Shown one piece after another: positions 1 to 9,640 of a stretch of 64,000 bases of DNA. The translations under genes and the position numbers were made by a program. Every line of letters begins with the position of its first letter. Positions within the stretch are counted from its first letter, which is position 1. The notes under the pieces were generated by a model that worked only from the letters and a program-made list of their open reading frames with translations, had not been told where the DNA came from and did not search any database. The stretch is from assembly GCA_043797125.1 (NCBI GenBank), contig JAZDPX010000013.1, positions 9,180 through 73,179 of the forward strand. Direction: 5' to 3'. The DNA comes from Candidatus Omnitrophota bacterium (GTDB lineage Bacteria; Omnitrophota; Gorgyraeia; JABMRG01; JAFGKX01).

Positions 1-393
1 TCGCAAAGCTGCAATTCCTTATCTATTGTCTCAAACGCTTTGCTTCTGTCAAAAAACGCGAGGTCCCAGTCATTGGAAAGCTTAATTCCTTCATGATCGG
101 CAATGCAGGCAGCTTCGCACTCGCCGCAGAATATGCACGTATCTGTATAATGTATCATCTGCCTTTTAGCTTGGCTTTCATTAACTATGTCTTTATTATC
201 AATAGCGCCTACAGGGCAGACCTCTTTACACGCTAAACACCCGACGCATTTTTCCTCATTGTATTTTGGCTGGCCCCTGAAATTAGGGTGCGCCACATGG
301 GGCTGTTTCGGGAACTTGGAGGTATACGGCCCGACTATCAACGCCTTAATCGCCTCTATTAGCTCTCTTATCTTAGGAAGTTTCATAATTCCA
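1..393 (-). CDS. NuoI/MbhN-like 2x[4Fe-4S] ferredoxin subunit of membrane-bound hydrogenase; start codon inside window, 3' end runs beyond window position 1
   Basis: Minus-strand ATG at 391-393 gives MKLPKIRELIEAIKAL... with two CxxCxxCxxxCP motifs (CVGCLACKEVCP, CIFCGECEAAC). Absent from the ORF track because there is no stop inside the window. Confidence 0.6.
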
Positions 394-427
394 CAATTTT
401 TAATTTTGCATTTTTAATTTTGAACTT

Positions 428-763
428 TTACTTCTCGCCTTCTTTATCCTCGGCGTACTTATCGACCACGCTCTTATCCCACAACTTGACACCTGCTTTA
501 TGCGCGCCGCGCGCTATCGCATGAGCCGCAACAGGGGATGTTAATATAATAAATATTATGCACAAAAACGCTTTTATGCCGGCAGCGGTAAACCCTACAA
601 TGATAAATGTTCCTAATAATATACCGCAGGTACCAAGAGTAACGCTCTTTGTGGAAGCCTGCAGGCGGTTATACACATCCGGAAGGCGCACAAGCCCCAG
701 GCATCCCAACAAATCAAATGCCAGCCCAATACTGATAAATATCAATCCAATAGTGCTATTCAT
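428..763 (-). CDS. Mrp/Mnh antiporter subunit G-like (MbhC-like)
   Basis: Matches the MrpG pattern (VRLPDVYNRLQASTK..TLG; TSPVAAHAIARGAH). Track ORF 428..793 starts at TTG. The ATG at 763 lies 5 nt after the MrpF stop and has a GGAAGAGGG SD, so it is the likelier start. Confidence 0.7.
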   Translation of the reverse strand: MNSTIGLIFISIGLAFDLLGCLGLVRLPDVYNRLQASTKSVTLGTCGILLGTFIIVGFTAAGIKAFLCIIFIILTSPVAAHAIARGAHKAGVKLWDKSVVDKYAEDKEGEK

Positions 764-1142
764 CAAACCCTCTTCCTTCCAAAAATTTAGCAAGCGCCAG
801 GGTACTGATAAAACTCTGTAAAGCCCAGGCTATTCCGATATCGATATACCATGACCTGCCGGTTGAAATAGTCAAGATGGCGCAAAGCCCTACAATCATA
901 ATGCCAAGTATGTCCATTGCTACAATCCTGTCAGCTCCGGTCGGACCTTTGGATATACGATAAAGGCATAAAAAGCAGGCAAGGATAATTATAAAAAGCG
1001 CCCTGCCTAAAAATCCCAGATGCGGCAAATCAGGATAAAATAAAAATGGAAGCGGCCGCACGATAATAAATGCCAGAATCGCCGTCAGCATAACCGCCCC
1101 CAGCAACCACCTAATAATTTTTATTCCTTTATTATTTTTCAT
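756..1142 (-). CDS. Mrp/Mnh antiporter subunit F-like
   Basis: Membrane protein with the MrpF pattern GPTGADRIVAMD...ALQSFISTLALAKF. Confidence 0.65.
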   Translation of the reverse strand: MKNNKGIKIIRWLLGAVMLTAILAFIIVRPLPFLFYPDLPHLGFLGRALFIIILACFLCLYRISKGPTGADRIVAMDILGIMIVGLCAILTISTGRSWYIDIGIAWALQSFISTLALAKFLEGRGFDE

Positions 1143-1636
1143 TCGAAAATTTTCTCCAGCACCCTCTCAAAGCGTCCGGCTATAATCTCGGAAGCATTAT
1201 CTATATCTTTATCTTTTACATCAATCCAGTGTATATACAAAATGCCTTTGTCTTTGTCAATGTCCACAGATAATGTGCCTGGCGTAAGCGTTATAGAGTT
1301 GGCTAAAAATGTAAGGCCAGTGTCTGTTTTTAATTTTGTTTTTATTTTAATTATGCCGGGATTTATCGGCAGATTAGGATGCAGAACGCGGTATGCAACA
1401 TCAATGTTTGCCTTCAAGCATTCCCATAAAAACAAAGGGATATAATATACAATAAAATACCAATATCGCAAAGGGTGCTTAAGGGCATACGGCCTTCTGA
1501 CAAACAAATCTCCTGTAATAAACGCAACAAAAGAAGCGACAAAGACGCCAACGATAACATGTTGTGAGTCTACAGGCCAGCTCAAAAACAGCCATACCAA
1601 AAGCGCCACAAAAAACAGAACTATCCTACTCTTCAT
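1139..1636 (-). CDS. Mrp/Mnh antiporter subunit E-like (MbhA-like)
   Basis: MrpE-like pattern (LTPGTLSVDID...LYIHWIDV) and 4-nt overlaps with both neighbours. Confidence 0.65.
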   Translation of the reverse strand: MKSRIVLFFVALLVWLFLSWPVDSQHVIVGVFVASFVAFITGDLFVRRPYALKHPLRYWYFIVYYIPLFLWECLKANIDVAYRVLHPNLPINPGIIKIKTKLKTDTGLTFLANSITLTPGTLSVDIDKDKGILYIHWIDVKDKDIDNASEIIAGRFERVLEKIFE

Positions 1637-1639
1637 TTG

Positions 1640-3142
1640 CTATATCCCCTTTAAGACCGTAACAGCGTGCGCCACGCCTTTTAAAACTGCGTCGGATGCC
1701 TGCTTAATAAAAATTTCGTTTAAACCCGGCACCAACAAAATGCCTCCTGCTAAACAGATAAGCGCCAATGCGCACATCGACAATTTCATAAAAACAGGCA
1801 CTTCTTTCAGGCCGGAAAATTTTTCTTTTAAACGGCCGAAGAACGCGTATTTCATAACCTTCATAAATGAGGCAAGGGTCATTATGCTCGCTAAAACAGC
1901 CCAAAAAGCATATCCATACCTGCCTGCTTCTACCGCAGCAATTATGATAATGAGCTTGCTCCAAAAACCATTAAAAGGCGGAATGCCCGCAATTGACATC
2001 GATGCTATCAGGCTTGTCGTTGAGGTAAAAGGCATCTTTGCGCTTAGCCCTCCCATTTCCTTCAAATCTCTTGTCCCTGTGGAATATTCGATAGCGCCTG
2101 AATTTAGAAACAACAAAGATTTAAATATAGAGTGATTAAAAAGATGAAAAAGCCCGCCTAACATCCCAAGAGGCGTGCCTAAACCAATACCAAGAAAAAC
2201 ATATCCTATCTGACTTATAGAGTGATATGCCAACAGCCTTTTAAAGTCCCACTGGCCTATGGCTAAAAATACGCCTATGACCATAGAAAGGGCCCCGAGC
2301 GCCATAAATATTAAAGATATATCGGAACTTATTCCAAAAATATTGTAGAATATCCTGCATAAGGTATAGATCCCAAGGGATTTTATCAGGACGCCTGAAA
2401 GCATAGCTGAAATAGGCGCCGGAGCAGAAGGATGCGCGTCAGGCAGCCAAGCATGAAACGGCACAAGCGCTGCCTTAAGCCCGAAACCCATAATAAACAA
2501 AATGCTCGTCAATAAAATAATATTGGCAGTTCCCTTTTCAGACAGAATCCTGGCCATGTCAGCCATATTCAGCGTGGATGTATAGCTGTATAAAAATCCT
2601 ATGCCCAGAAGCAAGAAAAGCGAGCCGACGGTGCTCATAATCGCGTATTTAAAAGCTGCCTCGAGTTCGTGTTTTTCCGTGCCGAAGGCAACCAGGGCAT
2701 AACTTGCAACCGAGGCTATTTCCAGAAACACAAAAAGATTAAATATGTCGCCTGTTATTACCACACCGTTCATTCCGCCAAGCATTAACAGAAATAAGGT
2801 GTAAAACTGCCATTTTGAAGTAAACCTCTCCATATAATCTATCGAATAAATTACAATAATAAATGCCACCAAATTTATAGTAACAAGCATAAATGATGTC
2901 AAGCCATCGAGTGTCACCTCTATTCCGAAGGGAGGCTGCCAAGCGCCTACGCTGTAAGAAAAAGCGCCGCCGGTATTAACCATCGCCACGGTCAAAAAAG
3001 ACAAGCTGCATAAAATAAAAGTGGTCAAAATACCTATGATATCCGGCAGCCGCTTTATCTTTTTCCCGAAAATAGAAATCAAAAATGCCCCTGCTAAAGA
3101 TATGGCAACAAAAAACGGTATTATGCCCGCTAACCGAATCAT
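1640..3142 (-). CDS. MrpD/NuoM/NuoN-family proton-pumping antiporter subunit
   Basis: 500-aa polytopic membrane protein carrying the conserved NuoL/M/N core (WLPDAHPSAPAPISAMLSG, GYVFLGIG). Confidence 0.8.
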   Translation of the reverse strand: MIRLAGIIPFFVAISLAGAFLISIFGKKIKRLPDIIGILTTFILCSLSFLTVAMVNTGGAFSYSVGAWQPPFGIEVTLDGLTSFMLVTINLVAFIIVIYSIDYMERFTSKWQFYTLFLLMLGGMNGVVITGDIFNLFVFLEIASVASYALVAFGTEKHELEAAFKYAIMSTVGSLFLLLGIGFLYSYTSTLNMADMARILSEKGTANIILLTSILFIMGFGLKAALVPFHAWLPDAHPSAPAPISAMLSGVLIKSLGIYTLCRIFYNIFGISSDISLIFMALGALSMVIGVFLAIGQWDFKRLLAYHSISQIGYVFLGIGLGTPLGMLGGLFHLFNHSIFKSLLFLNSGAIEYSTGTRDLKEMGGLSAKMPFTSTTSLIASMSIAGIPPFNGFWSKLIIIIAAVEAGRYGYAFWAVLASIMTLASFMKVMKYAFFGRLKEKFSGLKEVPVFMKLSMCALALICLAGGILLVPGLNEIFIKQASDAVLKGVAHAVTVLKGI

Positions 3143-3477
3143 CCTCTTAACTCCCTTATTTTCGTAATATCGAATGTGCCGTATTTCTCGTATATCTTCA
3201 TTGCAATGGCTACAAGCAGCGCTGTGGTCGCAAGCCCGATTACAATTGAGGTAAGCACCAATGCCTGGGGCAGGGGGTCAACCATGTTTTTTATTTCAGC
3301 TTCAGGAGAAAAAATCGGAGCGCGCCCGCCTATACGATATCCCGTCAATACAAGAAATAAGTTAACGGCATATTCTACCACCATGGCGCCTATAATAATC
3401 TTGATGATATTGCGTTTTCTTAAAATGCAATAAAGACCGGCGCAAAAAAGGATAAGGCAGAGTAAATATACAATCAT
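3139..3477 (-). CDS. MrpC/NuoK-like small membrane subunit
   Basis: 112 aa with three TM segments, in the position and size expected for MrpC/NuoK. Confidence 0.6.
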   Translation of the reverse strand: MIVYLLCLILFCAGLYCILRKRNIIKIIIGAMVVEYAVNLFLVLTGYRIGGRAPIFSPEAEIKNMVDPLPQALVLTSIVIGLATTALLVAIAMKIYEKYGTFDITKIRELRG

Positions 3478-3935
3478 TTTTTCTTCTCCGAATCAGTCGT
3501 TAAAACTACCAGCGCGACAAATATCATAAAAAGCCCGGCGCCCACCTTAAGGCTTATTGCGATATTGCACAGAGGGATAATCCCGGAGCTGAATAATTTA
3601 AACGGCTCGCCTTTGGGTATAAAATTCAAGAAAAACCAGCCGCCCGTGAAGCCTAAAAGCGCTATCGCTAAAAACATTATTGCGCCAAGGCTTTCAAAAA
3701 ATGACGCAGCCGCCTTAGGCAATCTTTTAAAAGCCTCTTCTTTGCCATATGCAAGCATAAGATGTATAAAAGAAAGCGCTATGATAACGCCGCCCGCAAA
3801 ACCTCCGCCCGGCGAAAGATGCCCGTGGGCGAGTATGTAAATCCCGTATAAAAGTATCAGCCCTACGGTAAGACGCGTAATGGTCTTTACAATCAGCGTC
3901 ATCCCTTTTTCTTGCTTTTTATTCACGGCTGTCAA
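3474..3935 (-). CDS. MnhB-domain membrane subunit (Mbh small subunit)
   Basis: 153-aa hydrophobic protein that is translationally coupled within the Mrp module. Confidence 0.55.
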   Translation of the reverse strand: MTAVNKKQEKGMTLIVKTITRLTVGLILLYGIYILAHGHLSPGGGFAGGVIIALSFIHLMLAYGKEEAFKRLPKAAASFFESLGAIMFLAIALLGFTGGWFFLNFIPKGEPFKLFSSGIIPLCNIAISLKVGAGLFMIFVALVVLTTDSEKKK

Positions 3936-4477
3936 TCCTCTTCCTTTATCTTCTCTCCGGGCTTCTTCCTGCCAATGCGCCGCACAACCGCTAAAATGCC
4001 TATAACTGCCGTAAACAATATTGTGGCCTCTCCTAAAGTATCGTATGCCCTATAATCAAGAATAATCGCCGCTACAATATTGGCAGCGCCTGTCTTTGAC
4101 AGCCCTTCCTGTAAATAGGTATTTGAAACCTTCATCAGCGGATAGCCGAATTCCGGCAAATCTTTAAGCGCCACAGCCGCGATAATCAGAAATGCCGCGA
4201 TAAATACTAATGTAATGAGAGTATTCAAAAACCATCTTCCTGTTGCTGAAAACGGCAAATCCTTCTTTAATGTTGCCCTTATTAATATGATAAGGCACAA
4301 TATCTCGACAACAAGTTGCGTAATAGCCAAATCTGGCGCTTTTAGCACCAGAAAAACTATTGACAGCCCCAGCCCTACAGCGCCTACCGCTATCACAGAA
4401 GAAAGCAAATCCTTTATCTCAATAGCCGCTATTGCGCCGATAATCATAAATATCAACAATGTATAAAGCTCTATCAT
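3932..4477 (-). CDS. MnhB/MbhE-like membrane subunit
   Basis: 181-aa hydrophobic protein inside the operon with a 4-nt overlap to its neighbour. Confidence 0.55.
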   Translation of the reverse strand: MIELYTLLIFMIIGAIAAIEIKDLLSSVIAVGAVGLGLSIVFLVLKAPDLAITQLVVEILCLIILIRATLKKDLPFSATGRWFLNTLITLVFIAAFLIIAAVALKDLPEFGYPLMKVSNTYLQEGLSKTGAANIVAAIILDYRAYDTLGEATILFTAVIGILAVVRRIGRKKPGEKIKEED

Positions 4478-4481
4478 ATAC

Positions 4482-6137
4482 CTACCTTAATAAAAAATAA
4501 AAAAGAATCAGCATTCCGAAGAGACACCACGCCATATATGTAGGCAAAATGCCGTTGTGCAGGTAACGCAACACGCCGTTAAACGCGAAAGTTGCACTAG
4601 CGCCCATTTCATAAATGTCAAATACCTTTTTTGCGGCTAACTTGTATATGAACGACAAAATCCCTATATCCTGGATTGTCTTGTAAAAATCAACTCCTGA
4701 AACACGCATCTCGGGGTATTCTTTTAATAGCTCGCCGCCTACAAACGCTTCAGTTTCTCTTGTCTTTGTTATTGTCCCAAGAAGATAAATTATAAAGCCA
4801 ACCATAATCCCTGCTATTATCAACATGGTTGCGATACTAGCGTTCCACACGCCGGAAAATTCCACTATCTTGCCTACGCTTGGAAGGATAAAAAGCTTTA
4901 ACGGCACTCTATTGGCAAACACGCCGAATATCACGCATAGCGCCGCGAGTATAACCATAGGAATTAGCATTGTTATAGATGTCTCTGCACCTTTGCTTTG
5001 GGCTGTGGGCTGTGGGCTTTGGGCTTTCTGCCCTAGAAACACCGCGTGAACGAGTTTCATAAAACTTGCCAGAGTAAGCGCTGAACCAAACATGGCGCAA
5101 ACAAGCCATATTATCCAAAGCATGGAACCGTTTTTACCCAAATCAATTATACCCTGGTAAATCATCCATTTCGAAACAAATCCGTTAAAAGGCGGGACGC
5201 CTGATATTGCAAATGACGCTATTAAAAATGTGATAAAAGTAACGGGCATAATCTTGGCAAGCCCGCCGAGCTTTTCCATGTCTGTTGTGTTGGCCTTCTT
5301 CTCGACCGCTCCGCCCGATAAAAACAGGCAGGCCTTATATATTGCATGATTAAGCATGTGGAATATGCCGCCTGCAATACCTACAGGATTACCTGTCCCT
5401 ATTCCTAATACCATATAACCAACCTGGCTAACAGCGTGATATCCGAGCAACCGTTTTAAATCATGCTGCACAAGCGCCATCATAACCGCGGCTACTATCG
5501 TAAAACTTCCGACGGTCATTAAGAAAATATTCATGCCTGTATCCATCCTAAACATATAAAGTGAAATCCTTGCAAGAAAATATATGCCCAACAGCTTATC
5601 CAAAGATGCAGGTAAAAATGCGGTTACAGGCGTTGGCGCATCTTCCGCTGTATCCGGCACCCATGTATGAAATGGCATTGCCCCTGCTTTTGCAAACGCG
5701 CCTGCCGCAAGGCAAAGATATGCCCATACAGCTGCTTTTGTATTCAGCGTTATGCTCATTGCATCCATTTTAAGAGAACCTGTAATCTTCAATATAAGCG
5801 CAAGGCCTAAAAGCATTAACGCGTCTGTGCCGCCTATTATTATAAACGCCTTTTTTGCGGTGTATGTTGTGTTTTCTTTTTCGCCGAAATCTATCAGAAG
5901 ATATAAAAGCAGCCCTAAGAATCCCCAGAACACCATAAGTAAAAGCAGGTTATTGGAAAATACAACACCCAGCGACGCAATTAATGTAAGGAGTATATAA
6001 AAATAGTACTTAATCAGGCCTTTTGTCTTTTTCATAAAGCCTATCGAGTATAACGCAATCAGCAGGGTGAATACTATAACAAATATCCCCACAAAATTTG
6101 CCAGGTTATCGAATTTAAAAAGCTGCTCAGGTATCAT
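4482..6137 (-). CDS. MrpA/NuoL/MbhH-like antiporter subunit
   Basis: 551 aa with the NuoL-family core (HTWVPDTAEDAPTPVTAFL, GYMVLGIGTG). A heptamer repeat at 4995-5032 encodes a KAQSPQPTAQSKG insertion. Confidence 0.8.
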   Translation of the reverse strand: MIPEQLFKFDNLANFVGIFVIVFTLLIALYSIGFMKKTKGLIKYYFYILLTLIASLGVVFSNNLLLLMVFWGFLGLLLYLLIDFGEKENTTYTAKKAFIIIGGTDALMLLGLALILKITGSLKMDAMSITLNTKAAVWAYLCLAAGAFAKAGAMPFHTWVPDTAEDAPTPVTAFLPASLDKLLGIYFLARISLYMFRMDTGMNIFLMTVGSFTIVAAVMMALVQHDLKRLLGYHAVSQVGYMVLGIGTGNPVGIAGGIFHMLNHAIYKACLFLSGGAVEKKANTTDMEKLGGLAKIMPVTFITFLIASFAISGVPPFNGFVSKWMIYQGIIDLGKNGSMLWIIWLVCAMFGSALTLASFMKLVHAVFLGQKAQSPQPTAQSKGAETSITMLIPMVILAALCVIFGVFANRVPLKLFILPSVGKIVEFSGVWNASIATMLIIAGIMVGFIIYLLGTITKTRETEAFVGGELLKEYPEMRVSGVDFYKTIQDIGILSFIYKLAAKKVFDIYEMGASATFAFNGVLRYLHNGILPTYMAWCLFGMLILFYFLLR

Positions 6138-7315
6138 TTCTTTTTAGTTCTTAGTTTTTCAGTCTTTTCCTGCGAAAGCCTTACTAAATCTTCGCCGCTG
6201 TAAAGTTTTTTTCCTTCAACATTGCGCACTGCCATTCTCTCTGTGCAGCAATAGCACGGGTCTATGGCAGCCAGAATTATTGTCGCATCAGATATGGTCT
6301 CGCCTACAACAGTTGCCTTGTATGTCGGCAGGTTCATAAACGTTGGCGCCCTTACTTTGTGGCGCGCCGGGCGGTTTGTGCCGTCACTTTTTACATAATG
6401 AAATGTCTCGCCTCTCGGGGCTTCTATGTGGCCTATGCCTTCACCGACAGGAATATTTTTTAGTTTCAGGTCTATTTCGCCCTCGGGCAAATTCTGCAGG
6501 CACCATTTCAAAATTTTTATAGACTCAAATGTCTCCAATATCCTTACAACTGCCTTATCAAACACATCCCCGTTTTCAGTAACAATCATATCCCATTCTA
6601 ATCTGTCGTAAACCCCGTACGGGCAATTCTTCCTTAAATCCCTGGCAACTCCCGATGCCCTTGCCGTAGGCCCGAGCGCGCTGAAATTTATAGCCTCTTC
6701 TTTAGTAAGAATCCCTATGCCTTTTGTCCTTGCGTGTAAAACAGGGTCGTCAATTACCGCCTTCTTAAGCATGACTAACGTAGGAATAATAGAATCTATT
6801 TTTTTTAATACCCCGGGTATGTCTATTGCTTTTATATCGCGCCTTACGCCGCCGGGCTTAAACATGGCGTAGTTATTTCTGTTGCCCGATAAAACTTCCA
6901 TTACGTCCAGTATTTCTTCTCTTAATTTCCACGCCCACATATAAACTGTATTATATCCCAAAAAGTGCCCTGCAAGCCCTAACCATAAAAGATGCGAATG
7001 CACCCTCTCGCCTTCGGCGATTATTGTCCTTATGAATTTAGCGCGCTCCGGGACTTCAACCGGTATTATATCCTCAACCGCCTTTGTATAAGCGTAGGGA
7101 TGGCTTGTCGAGCATATACCGCAGATTCTCTCCACTGCGAATGTTGACTGGTCAAATGTCTTGGATTCGGAGAGTTTCTCAATGCCGCGATGGTTATACC
7201 CAATGCGCACGTCTATGGCCACAACCTTCTCGCCTTCAACGGTAAGAGTGAAAAACTCCGGCTCTTCCTGCAATGGGTGATATGGGCCTATTGGCACTAT
7301 TGTTCTACTCATCAT
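6134..7315 (-). CDS. group 4 [NiFe]-hydrogenase large subunit (NuoD/MbhL/EchE-like)
   Basis: Both Ni-Fe ligand motifs are present: N-terminal RICGICSTSH and C-terminal DPCYCCTER. Confidence 0.85.
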   Translation of the reverse strand: MMSRTIVPIGPYHPLQEEPEFFTLTVEGEKVVAIDVRIGYNHRGIEKLSESKTFDQSTFAVERICGICSTSHPYAYTKAVEDIIPVEVPERAKFIRTIIAEGERVHSHLLWLGLAGHFLGYNTVYMWAWKLREEILDVMEVLSGNRNNYAMFKPGGVRRDIKAIDIPGVLKKIDSIIPTLVMLKKAVIDDPVLHARTKGIGILTKEEAINFSALGPTARASGVARDLRKNCPYGVYDRLEWDMIVTENGDVFDKAVVRILETFESIKILKWCLQNLPEGEIDLKLKNIPVGEGIGHIEAPRGETFHYVKSDGTNRPARHKVRAPTFMNLPTYKATVVGETISDATIILAAIDPCYCCTERMAVRNVEGKKLYSGEDLVRLSQEKTEKLRTKKK

Positions 7316-7788
7316 ACTCCTCTGTCTCTAATCGCGGACTTATCCCATTCTTTATAATCGCGGCGCAGCGGGTAAACGCCCTGCGGCCATTCATCAGGCA
7401 AAAGCAGCCTTCGTAAGTCAGGGTGGCCTTTGAAGTTTATGCCTAAAAGCTCGTGTATTTCTCTTTCCACCCAGTTTGCCGCTTCAAAGCTCGGGGCAAG
7501 CGAATCTATTTCCAATGTTTTAGATTTATCCAGCTTTACTCTTAATGAAATCACAAGATTAATCTGCTCTATTGTAAAATGGTAAAGTATCTCCATATGA
7601 TACCGCACATCCACGCCTGACGCTATATTAAATCTTGCGCCCAAGTCTTTAAAAATATAGTTGGCTATTTTAATTATAGATTCGGGCTTAATCTCGATAT
7701 ACACCCTTTTCGGAGTCTTATCAAAGACATCGATGATATCGCTCTTGAATTTTTCTTTTATGCTTTTTAATATTTCTTCTCTGTTCAT
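7312..7788 (-). CDS. NuoC/MbhK-like hydrogenase subunit
   Basis: 158 aa, NuoC-like (30 kDa subunit) by position and size, with 4-nt overlaps to both neighbours. Confidence 0.65.
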   Translation of the reverse strand: MNREEILKSIKEKFKSDIIDVFDKTPKRVYIEIKPESIIKIANYIFKDLGARFNIASGVDVRYHMEILYHFTIEQINLVISLRVKLDKSKTLEIDSLAPSFEAANWVEREIHELLGINFKGHPDLRRLLLPDEWPQGVYPLRRDYKEWDKSAIRDRGV

Positions 7789-8210
7789 TTTTTTCCGCCC
7801 ACTTTTTCTATCAGCTTCACCACGCCCGCGATAATCGCCTCAGGCTTGGGCGGGCATCCGGGAATATACGCGTCAACAGGAATAATCTTATCCAGCGGCA
7901 ACGGACAATTATAGCTGTGTATAAACATGCCTCGCGACATGGAACATTCGCCTATCGCGACAACAAGACATGGTTTTGGCACCTGCTCGTATAATCTCTT
8001 CAATATCGTAACCGACTTCCTGTTGCATGAACCTGTAATTAAAAGCACATCCGCGTGTTTTATGCTGCCTGCTAAAAGTATTCCAAAGCGCTCTATATCA
8101 AACCTCGGAGTAAGACAGTCCAGTATTTCAATATCGCAGTTGTTACAACTGCCTGTTGAAAGATGAAACACCCACGGAGATTTCAGTAATGCCTTTAGTT
8201 TTACGCTCAT
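7785..8210 (-). CDS. NuoB-like [NiFe]-hydrogenase small subunit
   Basis: Proximal-cluster cysteines are present (GSCNNCD, AIGECS, IPGCPP). Confidence 0.8.
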   Translation of the reverse strand: MSVKLKALLKSPWVFHLSTGSCNNCDIEILDCLTPRFDIERFGILLAGSIKHADVLLITGSCNRKSVTILKRLYEQVPKPCLVVAIGECSMSRGMFIHSYNCPLPLDKIIPVDAYIPGCPPKPEAIIAGVVKLIEKVGGKK

Positions 8211-8211
8211 A

Positions 8212-9135
8212 TTATCTTCCTGCCAATGCCAATATTACCGCCAATATTGCTATAATCGTCATCGGGCCCCAGAAAAACCTTACTGCATGGTCAATCCTGA
8301 CCCTGGGGTTTGTATTCCTTATGACCGTAATCAATGCCACAACGCCTACATATTTAAGCAAGCCATATAAAAGATGTATGCCGTCTAATCTTATGCCTCC
8401 CATAAACAAAATCACCAGAAAGAAAGGCAGGGTGAATAAAAGCATATTTTTCATGAGCTTGTATACTGCCAAGCCGGCGCCTGAATATTCTATCAGCGGG
8501 CCGCATACAATCTCGGTCTCTGCTTCAGGCATATCAAAGGGCACAAGAGCCAGTTTTGCCTGCACGCACATAAGCGCTACTATAAATGCCAAAACCCCGG
8601 AGAAGCTTCCTATAATAACACCGCTTTGCGCCTGATACTGCAATATATCCCCAATCCTTATGGAAAACCCTGATTTTGCGATAACTGCCGCTATCGCAAG
8701 TATAAATGGCAGCTCATAACCTAAAACTAATTTCATCTCGCGCGACGCGCCCAAGCTTGCGTACGGGTTTGCAGAAGCAAAACCGCCCATGATTATAGAT
8801 ATAGAAGGAATTACTAATAAATATACTATTACTATCAGGTCGCCTAAAAATGTATTCGCGGTATTAACATTATTCACCCATAATAAAGTAGAAACCAGCA
8901 TAACGCTCATGATGCCGATAACAGGCGCTGCTAAAAATACTGTTTTAGATACGCCATGCGGAATGAGCGTCTCTTTGCCTAAAAGCTTTACAATATCTAT
9001 CAGCGGCTGCAATAAAGGCGGGCCTACGCGATATTGCACCCTAGCTGTAACTTTTCTATCAACCCAGCTTGCAAAAAGCCCGATAACAGCTGTCAGCAGA
9101 AATCCGTAAAATAAAAGATAAACAATATAAATCAT
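8212..9135 (-). CDS. NuoH/HycD/MbhM-like membrane subunit
   Basis: 307-aa polytopic membrane protein placed between the ferredoxin gene and the small subunit. Confidence 0.7.
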   Translation of the reverse strand: MIYIVYLLFYGFLLTAVIGLFASWVDRKVTARVQYRVGPPLLQPLIDIVKLLGKETLIPHGVSKTVFLAAPVIGIMSVMLVSTLLWVNNVNTANTFLGDLIVIVYLLVIPSISIIMGGFASANPYASLGASREMKLVLGYELPFILAIAAVIAKSGFSIRIGDILQYQAQSGVIIGSFSGVLAFIVALMCVQAKLALVPFDMPEAETEIVCGPLIEYSGAGLAVYKLMKNMLLFTLPFFLVILFMGGIRLDGIHLLYGLLKYVGVVALITVIRNTNPRVRIDHAVRFFWGPMTIIAILAVILALAGR

Positions 9136-9139
9136 ATAT

Positions 9140-9640
9140 TTAAACCTTCTCCCTTGCCCAATGGGTAGAATGCGCTATTATATTATCTCCGACTAAAAAC
9201 ATATTCTCTTCCAATTTTATATCCGCATTTTTCAAACTCAACGCGCCATACGAACAGCTTTTTATGCACAGCGGCTCTTCCTTTTTATCTCTTCTATCTA
9301 AGCAAAAATCGCAGGCATTCGCCAGCATAGGAAGAAGCTCCGGGTAAATAGCGCCGTAAGGACATGCGTGCGAGCAGGACTTACAGCTTACGCAGCGCAT
9401 GTTGTGCCTTATTAATAATTTTTCCTTGTCCTTTTGCTGCTCGAGCGCTTCCACGGGGCATGCGTTTACGCAATGCGGCTCTTCACACCTCCTGCACACA
9501 AGCGCGTATGTAACTAGTTCAGCCACGGAAATAATACCGTTATTATCCGGATGATAAAAGTAACTGCACTTTAGCGCGCAAGCTTTGCATTGGCCGCTTG
9601 CGCAAATATCCAAGTCTATGAAGAGTTTTTCTTTTGCCAT
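9140..9640 (-). CDS. multi-[4Fe-4S] electron-transfer ferredoxin (HycB/HyfA-like)
   Basis: About 16 Cys arranged in four CxxCxxCxxxC(P)-type clusters. Confidence 0.75.
   Translation of the reverse strand: MAKEKLFIDLDICASGQCKACALKCSYFYHPDNNGIISVAELVTYALVCRRCEEPHCVNACPVEALEQQKDKEKLLIRHNMRCVSCKSCSHACPYGAIYPELLPMLANACDFCLDRRDKKEEPLCIKSCSYGALSLKNADIKLEENMFLVGDNIIAHSTHWAREKV

Noticed and set aside
6134-7315. Large subunit as complex-I NuoD/Nqo4 rather than a hydrogenase
   Set aside because: Both NiFe-binding CxxC motifs (RICGIC and DPCYCC) are intact, and NuoD proteins lack them.
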